Assembly (NCBI GenBank): GCA_016928395.1
Contig: JAFGKV010000063.1
Coordinates: 1 to 64,000 of the forward strand
DNA: 64,000 nucleotides
Direction: 5' to 3'
Source of the DNA: Candidatus Fermentibacterota bacterium
GTDB taxonomy: Bacteria > JAFGKV01
Below the pieces are notes generated by a model that worked only from the letters and a program-made list of their open reading frames with translations, ran no database searches and was not told the origin of the DNA. Position numbers and translations under genes: made by a program. This document shows positions 49,251-58,626 of this stretch, piece after piece (the stretch's first letter is position 1; each line of letters begins with the position of its first letter).

Positions 49251-51536
49251 CTAGCGCGCAATGACCCTGACCTCGGCAGATGACTCGTTGCCCACCCGGT
49301 CGTGCGCCGTGATGCGAATCAGATGCTCCCCACGCTCCAACCCCTTGGTCGCCCTGTGAATCCACGTGATCCCCTCCGGGCACGCTGGTACCGGAACACC
49401 ATCAATGTGCATCTGGACGGAGGCGGGATCCACACCCGATCCCCGGTCGCGAACCTGCGCACGGATCACTGCCTTGTTCCGATTGATGACGGCGCGGTCG
49501 CCGTATAGGAGGCTCACCTCCGGAGCCTCCGGATCGTGCAGAAGCACAAAGGTCCCCAGCCTATCCGTGGATCCCACCATAGCGCGAGAGACCTCATCGC
49601 GGGTCGAGGGCACAAAGTGGTAGCCACTCTCGTGATCCCAACGGAACATGCCGACGCCCCGTATGTCTTCGCTGCCATCCGGAAGTGTGATACCGATCAC
49701 CACAGGCCGCTTCAGCGGTGCATTCTCGGGACTGAACTGGTATCCTATACTAAGAGGTGCCATCGCCGAAGGCGGGTGAAGCACCTGAGCATCCACCTTC
49801 ACATAGAGGTCGCTGAACACCGCATCGGGACCGGATGAAAGCCACGCGACGCCATCGTCGCTGCTGACCGAAGACTGACCATCCATTGCCAGAGGAGCTA
49901 CTGGCACAAACAGCTCCGCTCTCCCCGATCCTCCCTCCAGACAATCCACCATGAAGATAATCCGGAACCCAGGGGATGCCTGAGGGAACAGAAGTAAATC
50001 CATACTATAGGTCCGTTCGTCGTCTGCCCTCATGACGGCCCGGCTATATCCCAGGCCGCCGGGGGCGACAAAGGCATGGGGAGCCTGGGATAGATCGTGG
50101 GAAGAGGTGAGGATGATTCGCACGTAGCCATCCACCAGCTCGTGCGAAGCGTCCACATGCACGATACTGGCATCTGTGCCGGGGTCTCCCCGGAAAAATG
50201 GCTTGGAGGCCGCACCCAGTGTATCCTTGGCAAGCACCGACAGCAAAACCCCGGGAGCCGGCCGCCGCACGTGCCAGCGCCGGCCACCCAGCGCGCGGGA
50301 TTCCAACCCGGCCCAACGCCCACCCTTCTTCTGCGAGAAGGACAGCACGCACGAGCCGGGTTCTTCGTCCCCAATGTCCACCTCAAGAGTATCCTCTGAA
50401 ACCCAGGTGAGGCCGACGATCTCCGGTGGATGGTTCACCGTCAAAGGAAGAGTGATCGTCGCGCAGTTCCCCGCGATGTCTCCCAGTTGGATCTCAACTG
50501 TGTGTGCGCCATAGTCAAGCCCGCCCAGCCCCGCCCTGATGACCCCATCTCCGGGAGAGTTGTCGTGGAAGCTCAAATGATCTCCCGGCAATCGGTACAA
50601 ACGCTCGCACCTGCCGAAGCCGCGCCGGAGAAGATCAGCATCGTACACCAGATGAAGCAGACGAAATTGGGCCTCCGGGAAGCTGTCGTATTCGCGGCGG
50701 AAGATCTCCTCGCCGTCGATGAAGGTCTGCAAGCGGTACAAGCCCACCTGGTCACCGCCATTGTTGATCCGGTCTCTGGCACGAACGGCCACACCGATTT
50801 CTCCCCACACCTGCAGACTCCCCAGGGCTTCCCATCTGTCGGAACCGCTCACCTTCCGCACCCTGACCGAGAGTGGCTTTGATCGACCATTGATAGAAGC
50901 AGTGGCGGTGAGTGGTGACAGCACCAGCCGGTACACGGTCGGCGCCACTGTATCCGGTACCGCGTACCAGTGGAGCAGGGGATTGATGGCCTCGCCCTCG
51001 GGCGAATGCACCTCCATGTGCAGATGAGGCGGGCCCGCGCCCGTCCCTCCCGACCGCCCGACCGCATCTCCCCTGGCGACCCTAACTCGGTGTGGCTCCA
51101 AGAAGAAGTCCACCATACAGTGACCGAGTTCATCCTGCATTTCCCTCACGACTGCCTCTACTTGGGGCGCGAATCGCTTCATATGGGCATAGGTCACGAT
51201 ATGGCCATCGTCCAGGCGGAGAGACAGTGTCCTGCCGTAGCCCCGAGGATCGACACGGACGCGCCACACTGAACCCGAACCCACCGCGGTCAGGACATGG
51301 CCGGACGTCCCGTAGGTCGAAAGATCGATGCCTGCGTGAAAATGATCGCGACGATACTCGCCAAAGGTGGATGTCACCTTGGTGGGAAACGACAGAGGCC
51401 ACGGTCGCTCGTCGGCCGTGTGCTGTGGATCCCCACCACCCGAGGAAGAGGCCAGATTCACTGCGAGGAGAAGCCCGATACCGCCGATACCGAGGGATGA
51501 GCCTGACGGGACAAGCATCGAAGGGCCTCGCGTCAC
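49251..51536 (-). CDS. M23 family metallopeptidase with long C-terminal extension
   Basis: FGEYRRDHFHAGID, YAHM, PPHLHME; beta-rich Ig-like C-terminal part. Confidence 0.88.
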   Translation of the reverse strand: MTRGPSMLVPSGSSLGIGGIGLLLAVNLASSSGGGDPQHTADERPWPLSFPTKVTSTFGEYRRDHFHAGIDLSTYGTSGHVLTAVGSGSVWRVRVDPRGYGRTLSLRLDDGHIVTYAHMKRFAPQVEAVVREMQDELGHCMVDFFLEPHRVRVARGDAVGRSGGTGAGPPHLHMEVHSPEGEAINPLLHWYAVPDTVAPTVYRLVLSPLTATASINGRSKPLSVRVRKVSGSDRWEALGSLQVWGEIGVAVRARDRINNGGDQVGLYRLQTFIDGEEIFRREYDSFPEAQFRLLHLVYDADLLRRGFGRCERLYRLPGDHLSFHDNSPGDGVIRAGLGGLDYGAHTVEIQLGDIAGNCATITLPLTVNHPPEIVGLTWVSEDTLEVDIGDEEPGSCVLSFSQKKGGRWAGLESRALGGRRWHVRRPAPGVLLSVLAKDTLGAASKPFFRGDPGTDASIVHVDASHELVDGYVRIILTSSHDLSQAPHAFVAPGGLGYSRAVMRADDERTYSMDLLLFPQASPGFRIIFMVDCLEGGSGRAELFVPVAPLAMDGQSSVSSDDGVAWLSSGPDAVFSDLYVKVDAQVLHPPSAMAPLSIGYQFSPENAPLKRPVVIGITLPDGSEDIRGVGMFRWDHESGYHFVPSTRDEVSRAMVGSTDRLGTFVLLHDPEAPEVSLLYGDRAVINRNKAVIRAQVRDRGSGVDPASVQMHIDGVPVPACPEGITWIHRATKGLERGEHLIRITAHDRVGNESSAEVRVIAR

Positions 51537-51542
51537 CGTACG

Positions 51543-53510
51543 CTATGCACTGGTGTCACGGTGAGCCGGCATGAACGGAACGCTCACTTCCAGCCAGGCT
51601 TCAACTCGATCCGCTCCCTTCTGCGCGCTGACGTAATCCGCGGTGCGAGCAGCCACCAGGGCAGCATCGTCGCACAGCAGTGATCCGGTTCCCTTCAGCA
51701 GTTCTACTTCCCTGGCATTGCCTGACGTATCGACCAGCACCTTCACCATGACGGCTCCCAGCTTGAGGAGGGAATCCACCGGCGCGATCTCATGGCAGGT
51801 AATCGTGTCGATGCGCACCACGTGCGGGAGCACATCAATGGCCCTGCCATACGGGGTGGCTCCCATCCCGAAGGCCAGGGAAGCCCATTGTGCGGGTTCT
51901 GTGTCCGGATAGCGTTCGAGGGCTGTCTGAAGAGTGGCCCGGGCCGTGGCGGTATCCCCGAAGGTCTCTGAGGCAATCCACGCCAAGGAAAGAAGCGCCT
52001 TGGGCGCTTGCGCAGACGAGGGAAACGAATCTACCACGGTCTGGAACAGAGTCCTGGCGCTCTGCGGGTCAGCTTCCTGCAACCAGGCCCTCTCTGCGAG
52101 GAGGTACGTCCACTCCGGGGTACTCAAAGTCCCGGATTCGGGAGGGATCTCGCCCCAGAGCGCGCGCACCGAACGGGCCTGGCGTGAGTGAGAGTACCTC
52201 CCCACCAGCTCACGATGCAGGCTGTCGGCCTCAGCAGAATCACCACGGGAATTATACACTGTGGCCGCGGCGTACAGCGCTCTGGGGGCCCACACGCTGT
52301 CCGCGTGCTCCGCGCTGGCCAGCAGCAGCAGCGGTAGGGCACTGTCGGGAAGCTGCAGCCGCAGGAGGAACAACTCTGCCAGTTCCATCAGAGCCGACGC
52401 CGCGACACCGTCTGAGTCTGCCACGGCTGCCCGGAGACGCTCGACATCTCGCAAGGCCTTGGCCCGGCGCCCGGCATCCTCGACCAGAAGGCGTGGCGTC
52501 CCCTGTTTCGACAGATCCTCATACTCGGCCAGAGCACGGGTGAAATCCCGGAGGTCCTTCTCGAGCATAGTCGCCAGCGCCATGCGCGCCCGCTTGGAAA
52601 CATCTTCCCTCGGATAGGCCTGTATCACGTCACGCCACGCGTCCTCCGCAGCGGAGAAGTCACCCAGAGCCCGCTGGCTGGATCCGACCGCAAGCCCGAC
52701 CAACGCGAGTTCGGAATCAGCCCGGGCAATCTGCCGCAAGCGGCCAAACGCTTCCAACGCCTCCTCGCCTCTGCCCATGCGGGCCAGGGCCTCGCCCATG
52801 AGAAGCCGAGCCTGGAAGCGGAGATTACGGTTGGGGGCGACCCGATCGCCCTCCTGGAACCATCGGAACGCCTGATCGTCGTCTCCTCCGGCAGCCAGGC
52901 AACGACCGCGAAGAAGGTGGGCAACACTCAGAATGTCCCGCCGATGTGACCTGGAGAGGAGGGTGTCCAGTCGCGCCAGAGCATCGGCACACGATCCTCG
53001 GCTTTCCCCTATTTCAGCGTAGAGCAGGGCTGCACGCTCATGCCATTGGCTCCATGACCCGGCGGCGCCAAGATGTTCCTCGATGACGCTCTCGGCTACC
53101 TCGAACTGGCCCAGCTTCGCACGTGCCTGCGCTTCGTGATACATTGAGGCCGCGGCATACTCCGTGGAGGGGAAGAACCGTCTAAGCTCCGCATACTTCT
53201 CGGCCGCCGCATTGTGCTGTTCCTTGAGGGCCAGCGCCCGGGCCATGAGAAAGAGCGCGTCATCGGCCAGGCCGCTCCCGGGATGACGGGCAAGGATGAC
53301 GGCACACTTCTCCAGGCATTGCTCAAGATAGGCCAGCTCCTGCGAACTCGGGGAACTCCCCGGTGCCCTCTGAGCGCGCAGCTCCTCCGCACCGCGGAAT
53401 GCACGACGGGCATTGTAGTAGGTGTTGAAGCGCACACACGCGACCGACACCAGTGCACTTGCCAGGATCACAGGCGCCGCAAGACGGAGACAGCGATGTG
53501 TGCGTGTCAC
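51543..53510 (-). CDS. TPR-repeat lipoprotein with C-terminal TonB-like domain
   Basis: Lipobox-like VAC then FNTYYNA; many TPR units (DDALF, YP...A); tail VMVKVLVDTSGNA...AALVAA...VSVPF. Confidence 0.78.
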   Translation of the reverse strand: MTRTHRCLRLAAPVILASALVSVACVRFNTYYNARRAFRGAEELRAQRAPGSSPSSQELAYLEQCLEKCAVILARHPGSGLADDALFLMARALALKEQHNAAAEKYAELRRFFPSTEYAAASMYHEAQARAKLGQFEVAESVIEEHLGAAGSWSQWHERAALLYAEIGESRGSCADALARLDTLLSRSHRRDILSVAHLLRGRCLAAGGDDDQAFRWFQEGDRVAPNRNLRFQARLLMGEALARMGRGEEALEAFGRLRQIARADSELALVGLAVGSSQRALGDFSAAEDAWRDVIQAYPREDVSKRARMALATMLEKDLRDFTRALAEYEDLSKQGTPRLLVEDAGRRAKALRDVERLRAAVADSDGVAASALMELAELFLLRLQLPDSALPLLLLASAEHADSVWAPRALYAAATVYNSRGDSAEADSLHRELVGRYSHSRQARSVRALWGEIPPESGTLSTPEWTYLLAERAWLQEADPQSARTLFQTVVDSFPSSAQAPKALLSLAWIASETFGDTATARATLQTALERYPDTEPAQWASLAFGMGATPYGRAIDVLPHVVRIDTITCHEIAPVDSLLKLGAVMVKVLVDTSGNAREVELLKGTGSLLCDDAALVAARTADYVSAQKGADRVEAWLEVSVPFMPAHRDTSA

Positions 53511-53517
53511 GCTCCAA

Positions 53518-54945
53518 CTATCCCTTGAGGCAACCCAGCGGCTTCACGCGTGCGACCGTGGTGCAGATGCCGGCCCCGGTCACGGCCTCCACCACGGTTG
53601 ACACATCCTTGTATGCCTCAGGCATCTCTTCCTCCAGGGTACCCCTACCGGTGGCGATGACATACACGCCCTGTCGAGCCAGTTCCTGGGCGATGGATCT
53701 GCCCCGAGCCCGCTGCACGGCCTTCTTGCGGCTCAACATGCGGCCGGCCCCGTGACACGCGGACCCAAAAGTCTCCGTCATGGCTTTCTGGGTACCCAGC
53801 AAGACATAGGAGTACCGACCCATGTCGCCGGGCACCAAAACTGGCTGGCCGTAGTCTCGGTACCGGGCGGGCACCTCCGCCCGATGTGGCCCAAAGGCTC
53901 TGGTTGCACCCTTTCGATGGACACACACTGTCGTCGGCACAGCGTCCACCACGTGCTCCTCCATCTTGGCGATGTTGTGGGCAACCTCATAGACCGTCCA
54001 GATCTCTACACGACGTTCGCCGAAGAGCGTGCCGATGGCCGTCCGGCTTCCGTGAGCGAGGAGTTGCCGGTTGGCAAAGGCATAGTTCACTGCCGCGCCC
54101 ATCGCGCCCACATAGGCCTGCCCTTCAGGGGACTTCACCGGGGCACAGCACAACTGCCGGTCAGGAAGGGCAATGCCGTATTTCGCCGATGCCTTGAGCA
54201 TGATGTGGATGTAATCATCACACACCTGATACCCAAGCCCTCGCGATCCTGAGTGAATGCACAAGGTCACTGATCCGGGAGTCAGGCCCATGCTCGCCGC
54301 CGCGTCGACATCAGCGATTTCGTCCACATAGCCCACCTCCACAAAGTGATTACCCGAACCCAGCGTGCCAAGCTGAGGTCGCCCGCGATCCAACGCCCGC
54401 GGGCTCAGTCGGCCGGGATCCGCCCCGGCCATACAACCGCCCTCCTCGATGGCATCAAGATCGTCCGGTTGGCCGTAGCCCGCCTCGATGGCCCACTGAG
54501 CGCCCTCCACCAGCACCCGGCGCTCGTCCGCCTTTGACAGCCGCATCGTCGACATTGATCCAACCCCACTGGGGATGACTGCGGCCAAGGCGGTGATGAC
54601 CTCGCGTATTCGCGGCTCCACTTCCTCGCGGGAGAGATTCGTCCCCATCAGCCGGACGCCGCAGTTGATGTCATACCCCACCCCTCCGGGCGATATCACG
54701 CCGGTATCGACGTCAAAGGCTGCAACACCGCCGATGGGAAAACCATAGCCCCAATGGATATCAGGCATGGCGAGGCTTCTACCGACAATACCAGGCAGCG
54801 TGGCGACGTTCTGAACCTGCTCGGCCGCCTTGTCACCCACGATCTGGGGCAGAAGCTCCTCGGAAGCGTAGATCAAACCTGGGACCCGCATACTGCCGGT
54901 TCTGGGGATCTCCCAGCGATAGGCATCGATGCGATGAAGGTGCAT
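53518..54945 (-). CDS. rtcB: RNA ligase RtcB
   Basis: MPDIHWGYGFPIGG, GYDINCG, GSGNHF, HSGSRG, HRKGAT, HGAGR, AYKD. Confidence 0.97.
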   Translation of the reverse strand: MHLHRIDAYRWEIPRTGSMRVPGLIYASEELLPQIVGDKAAEQVQNVATLPGIVGRSLAMPDIHWGYGFPIGGVAAFDVDTGVISPGGVGYDINCGVRLMGTNLSREEVEPRIREVITALAAVIPSGVGSMSTMRLSKADERRVLVEGAQWAIEAGYGQPDDLDAIEEGGCMAGADPGRLSPRALDRGRPQLGTLGSGNHFVEVGYVDEIADVDAAASMGLTPGSVTLCIHSGSRGLGYQVCDDYIHIMLKASAKYGIALPDRQLCCAPVKSPEGQAYVGAMGAAVNYAFANRQLLAHGSRTAIGTLFGERRVEIWTVYEVAHNIAKMEEHVVDAVPTTVCVHRKGATRAFGPHRAEVPARYRDYGQPVLVPGDMGRYSYVLLGTQKAMTETFGSACHGAGRMLSRKKAVQRARGRSIAQELARQGVYVIATGRGTLEEEMPEAYKDVSTVVEAVTGAGICTTVARVKPLGCLKG

Positions 54946-55424
54946 GTACTATCCTTCGGCAGGCGAAGTGGTGGTCACGGTGAATGCCTTGACCCGCCAA
55001 GCAAGAGTCTGTGACACCGGGACGTCAAGGGTCGAATTGGTCCGTTCAGGTAAGAACCCGTAGCATCTCCACAGGATCCCATGAAGGTGATCTTCTGGAC
55101 TCGATCGCACGAAAAACAACTGTCCTACGACGTCACGGACGGCAGGATGGAATGGCCGTCCTTACGGTGCTGGTTGCCATCAGGCCGAACTCAGAGCCCC
55201 GAAAGACATGACGGCGCTCGGTGCCCTCACCGGCCGGCTTGAACCCTTGGATCCTATTCCCTCCACCTTGGCCATCTCCGTCTGAAGTGAGTATGGTTCC
55301 CCTCTGCTACGGGTAGATCAGCGTCGTTGCGCTGGGCCGCGTGTCATCACATGACCATAAGGATTATCGCATGGGACACTCGAGTTGCGCGAGTGTCAGT
55401 CGTCGTATCGACGCGAGGGTCTGG

Positions 55425-55453
55425 TTGACGAGAGAGCTTCATTGTGCTATTCT
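55425..55453 (+). promoter_or_regulatory. Sigma70-type promoter for the small lipoprotein gene
   Basis: TTGACG-17 nt-TATTCT with an extended -10 TG, about 80 nt before the ATG at 55535. Confidence 0.6.
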
Positions 55454-55534
55454 GCAGGGGTTAGGCCTTTCCATCGGTTCCGTACACGACGGTGTCGGTG
55501 GTCAGGTCCGGGTTTTTGTCGAAGGAGACCCTAA

Positions 55535-55810
55535 ATGCTCGTTCGATTCATCATGGTCGCATTCATGGCTATCGCCATCGTGGCCGCCTGTCAGCCCAAA
55601 TCCCAGGAACAAGTGCCGCCGACCCCCAGCCCCGCGCTTCAGGTGGCTCCCCGCGTCGCGCCGGATACGGCCGACGTCGCGGCAGATACCGTGGAGGGCA
55701 TCGCCAGTGATGCTGCTGATGCGGCAGAAGAAGCAGCCAGTGATGCTGCTGATGCGGCAGAGGAAGCAGCCAGTGATGCTGCTGATGCCGTGAAGGAAGC
55801 TACCGACTAG
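55535..55810 (+). CDS. Small acidic Ala-rich lipoprotein
   Basis: Lipobox IVAAC, AAGGAG RBS, 11-aa repeats ASDAADAAEEA. Confidence 0.8.
   Translation: MLVRFIMVAFMAIAIVAACQPKSQEQVPPTPSPALQVAPRVAPDTADVAADTVEGIASDAADAAEEAASDAADAAEEAASDAADAVKEATD
55703..55801 (+). repeat. In-frame 33-bp tandem repeat, 3 copies
   Basis: gccagtgatgctgctgatgcggcagaagaagca units starting at 55703, 55736 and 55769. Confidence 0.9.
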
Positions 55811-55834
55811 CCTACGAGTCGCCCGCGATCCCCT

Positions 55835-55873
55835 GGGTGGAACCGCTGGTGTGGCGGTTCCACTCATTCATTT
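55835..55873 (+). terminator. Putative intrinsic terminator between convergent genes
   Basis: GTGGAACCGC-tggtgtg-GCGGTTCCAC 10-bp stem with a weak T-containing tail. Confidence 0.5.
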
Positions 55874-55969
55874 CCGCCAGTCCCGACGACCGGGGCCAGG
55901 AAATGCCATGCGGTCTGACGTAGAATGGCTGCCTCGCGGCCCAGCTCGACCCCTGCGTTCTCGTTCGCC

Positions 55970-58261
55970 CTATGGACCCGTGTAGACTATCCGCTGCGAC
56001 CGTGTACCCCATGGCCCTGATCCCGTGATGACAAACGCCCCGGCAGGCAGTGAGGGAACATACAAGCGCAGCGAAGCGGCCGGCATCCGGCTGGCGGCAC
56101 GGCCTAGCACACGCCCCGATAGATCATAGATAGCGGCCTCCTGGATACCCGGAGCAGAAATCGTCAACCTCGGGCTGCCAAGCCATGGGCACGGACCCAC
56201 TACCAGTTCAAGGGTGCGGGTCTGAGGCCACACCGCCGCGTCCAGTGCCAAGGTGTCGCATCCTCCTGACTCGTGGTACCGGGCCATGAACTCCTGCAGG
56301 AACAAGTTGGCCACTCGCGGATCGTGGATCACCAGAGTGTTCTCGTCGTTCGATCCTTCCGCGGAGTAGGACCAGTTGTAGCTGCCCGTGATCACTGCCG
56401 CATCGTAGGCGCTGTTGTCCGCGTCGATGAGAAGGTACTTGTGATGCATCGAGGGATACGATCCAAGCAGATGTACGTCGGCTGGCGGATTCCACGCATT
56501 GCCGCCCACGCCGCTCATGGGCCAGTACCTGCTGCTGCTCGTGGCCTGGCCGGCATCGAAGACGCCCGCGACGCGCACGCCATGATAGTCGCGTGCCGCG
56601 TGCAAGGCTTCATCGACTGCTTCATTGGTGAACCCGAAGATGGAAAAGTATAGCCCGCGCGTGGCCTCCCCGATAGCTTCGACCAGATGCGTCACACACC
56701 CATCACTGGGACTCATATAGAGCTCCGCCGGGTGTGCGCCGATGAGAAACCGGTGGGGCGTATTGTCTCGTTTGCGGGCCCCGAATCGCGCCTCAGTGGG
56801 CTCCGGCAGGGGCCCCGATGATCCCCACATCTCCTCGAACTCGGCCGTGTATGCACCCGCGAGGGCCTGATCTTGAACGAGGACGACGTTCTCCGCGTTG
56901 TGATAGAACCCATTGTACGTGACGTTGGCGCTCCCGGTCCACACGAAATCGTCTGCGGCCGATGACCGGTCGGCGAAATCAAACACGAGGAACTTGTTGT
57001 GCATGTAGGCTGCGCCGTCGTTGACGCCTGCTGTGTCGGCGAGTACCGGGATACCGGCTGCCATCAATCTGAGCATCTCCGTACCGATGTTCTCCGCCTC
57101 AGCGATAACGCGAACTCGTACACCCCGGTTCTTTGCGACTATCAGGGCGTTGGTGATTTCGGACACCGTGAGGTTGTAGAGACAAGCATCTATGGAGAAA
57201 GCGGCGCCGTTGATGCGGTCCAGAAGCCGCCGCTCAAGAAGGGCGTCGCCATTGGCCTGTTCCATCGTAGCATACTGATGCTCTACCGATTGTGTGAAGA
57301 ACGCAGTGATGCCCCCGGTGCAGTCAGGAGCCGACGAGGTGGATGCCGACCACACAGGGCTGCGGTTCTCCCCCTCGGCATTCCAGATCACGGCCTGAAG
57401 CCGGTAGATGGTGGCGGGCTCCAGGCCATGGACTAGCAGCGTATGGGATAGGGCCATGGTCGAATCCGTCACGAAGCCGAGATCTCCCGGATTCAGCACA
57501 CCATAGAGAACGCCGGCCCCGGCGGGAACGTCAGTACTCCACTCGACGGTGAATCCGGTGGGAGTGAAGCTCCCCTCGATGGGGTCGGTGATAAACTGCG
57601 GCCCTGCAACGGCCTGGATATCGGAAGAAAATCGCGGCACGAGCTCGTAGGAGTCTACATACGGTAGCGTCAAATCCCACTGGCGCACGACACCCGTGAT
57701 GTCATAGAGCCCAGTCTGGAGAGAGATCCCCGTGTCGGTGTCGATATGCAGCGTGCAAGATCCAGAAGTGTCGGTGATGATGCCCGAGGCGGCGTCATAC
57801 CAGGCGAATACCACGCGAACCAGTCGGCTCTCATCTGGCTCGCTGAAGTCGGGGTGGAAGGCGTCGGCGATGGCCGCACAAGTCAGCATACGGGGCTCCG
57901 ACGGAGAGCCTGCATGACCGGCGATGGCGACATTGCTGGGGACGATTCGAGTGGTTCCGAAGTACTGGTCAATGGTACCATGGACCACCACGGAGTCTCC
58001 CAGGACGACCTGGTGGGTGTGATCGCTGCGATAGACCAGAATGCCTCCGGTCGCATCCTCCACGTAGATCTCGGTTCGAATGGCGCTGAACACACCGGTC
58101 GGCACCGTCACGATGCCGCCGATCTGAACCTGGGCCCCAACGCCATACGGCTCGGCAGGCAGGCCTTGCGCATCGTTGCGGTGGAGATCGCCGATGGGAA
58201 CGTGCGCCTCCGTCACGACGACGAGGAGAGCCAGCGTGCCGGCGACGGCGCGGACCGCCAT
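55970..58261 (-). CDS. Secreted PLD-superfamily (Nuc-like) enzyme with OB-like and FN3-like domains and T9SS/FlgD-like tail
   Basis: Signal peptide; YMHNKFLVFD...WTGSAN and MHHKYLLID...TGSYNWS; HGLEPATIY; IYDLSGRVL. Confidence 0.85.
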   Translation of the reverse strand: MAVRAVAGTLALLVVVTEAHVPIGDLHRNDAQGLPAEPYGVGAQVQIGGIVTVPTGVFSAIRTEIYVEDATGGILVYRSDHTHQVVLGDSVVVHGTIDQYFGTTRIVPSNVAIAGHAGSPSEPRMLTCAAIADAFHPDFSEPDESRLVRVVFAWYDAASGIITDTSGSCTLHIDTDTGISLQTGLYDITGVVRQWDLTLPYVDSYELVPRFSSDIQAVAGPQFITDPIEGSFTPTGFTVEWSTDVPAGAGVLYGVLNPGDLGFVTDSTMALSHTLLVHGLEPATIYRLQAVIWNAEGENRSPVWSASTSSAPDCTGGITAFFTQSVEHQYATMEQANGDALLERRLLDRINGAAFSIDACLYNLTVSEITNALIVAKNRGVRVRVIAEAENIGTEMLRLMAAGIPVLADTAGVNDGAAYMHNKFLVFDFADRSSAADDFVWTGSANVTYNGFYHNAENVVLVQDQALAGAYTAEFEEMWGSSGPLPEPTEARFGARKRDNTPHRFLIGAHPAELYMSPSDGCVTHLVEAIGEATRGLYFSIFGFTNEAVDEALHAARDYHGVRVAGVFDAGQATSSSRYWPMSGVGGNAWNPPADVHLLGSYPSMHHKYLLIDADNSAYDAAVITGSYNWSYSAEGSNDENTLVIHDPRVANLFLQEFMARYHESGGCDTLALDAAVWPQTRTLELVVGPCPWLGSPRLTISAPGIQEAAIYDLSGRVLGRAASRMPAASLRLYVPSLPAGAFVITGSGPWGTRSQRIVYTGP

Positions 58262-58626
58262 CACGCGACCCAGACCCGATGCGGGGCGAGGCGGGCCAGC
58301 CCTTCCAGGCGGGTTCGGGCAATCACCTCCTTGTTCCAGATGAAGACGAATCCACCGATGCCCAGAGGCACCGGGTACCGGCACGTCACCTCGTAGCCAG
58401 CGGCGCGGGGCAAAATGAGAATGGCGCCCGGAGGGACGTTAACTCCCACGTCAGCAGCGATCTCGCGTATCCTATGCTCCAGCTCGTGGGGAGGAACTCT
58501 CACGGCGTTTTGCACATACCCCGAGACCTTGCTGTCGAAATCCATCGAACGCCACAGAGCGCCACCCACCGAAAACACAAGCGCGATTGCCAAAGCGAGC
58601 AGTGCCCATCCGAAAAGCCTTTTCAT
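58261..58626 (-). CDS. Hypothetical single-TM protein
   Basis: MKRLFGW followed by TM; GGAGG RBS; coupled to both neighbours. Confidence 0.6.
   Translation of the reverse strand: MKRLFGWALLALAIALVFSVGGALWRSMDFDSKVSGYVQNAVRVPPHELEHRIREIAADVGVNVPPGAILILPRAAGYEVTCRYPVPLGIGGFVFIWNKEVIARTRLEGLARLAPHRVWVA

Noticed and set aside
54946-55420. Archease, tRNA or Y-RNA, or sigma54 promoter upstream of rtcB
   Set aside because: No suitable ORF, no T-loop or cloverleaf signature and no correctly spaced GG-N10-GC; only short inverted repeats.
55703-55801. CRISPR array
   Set aside because: The repeats are contiguous, in frame, have no spacers, and no cas genes are present.
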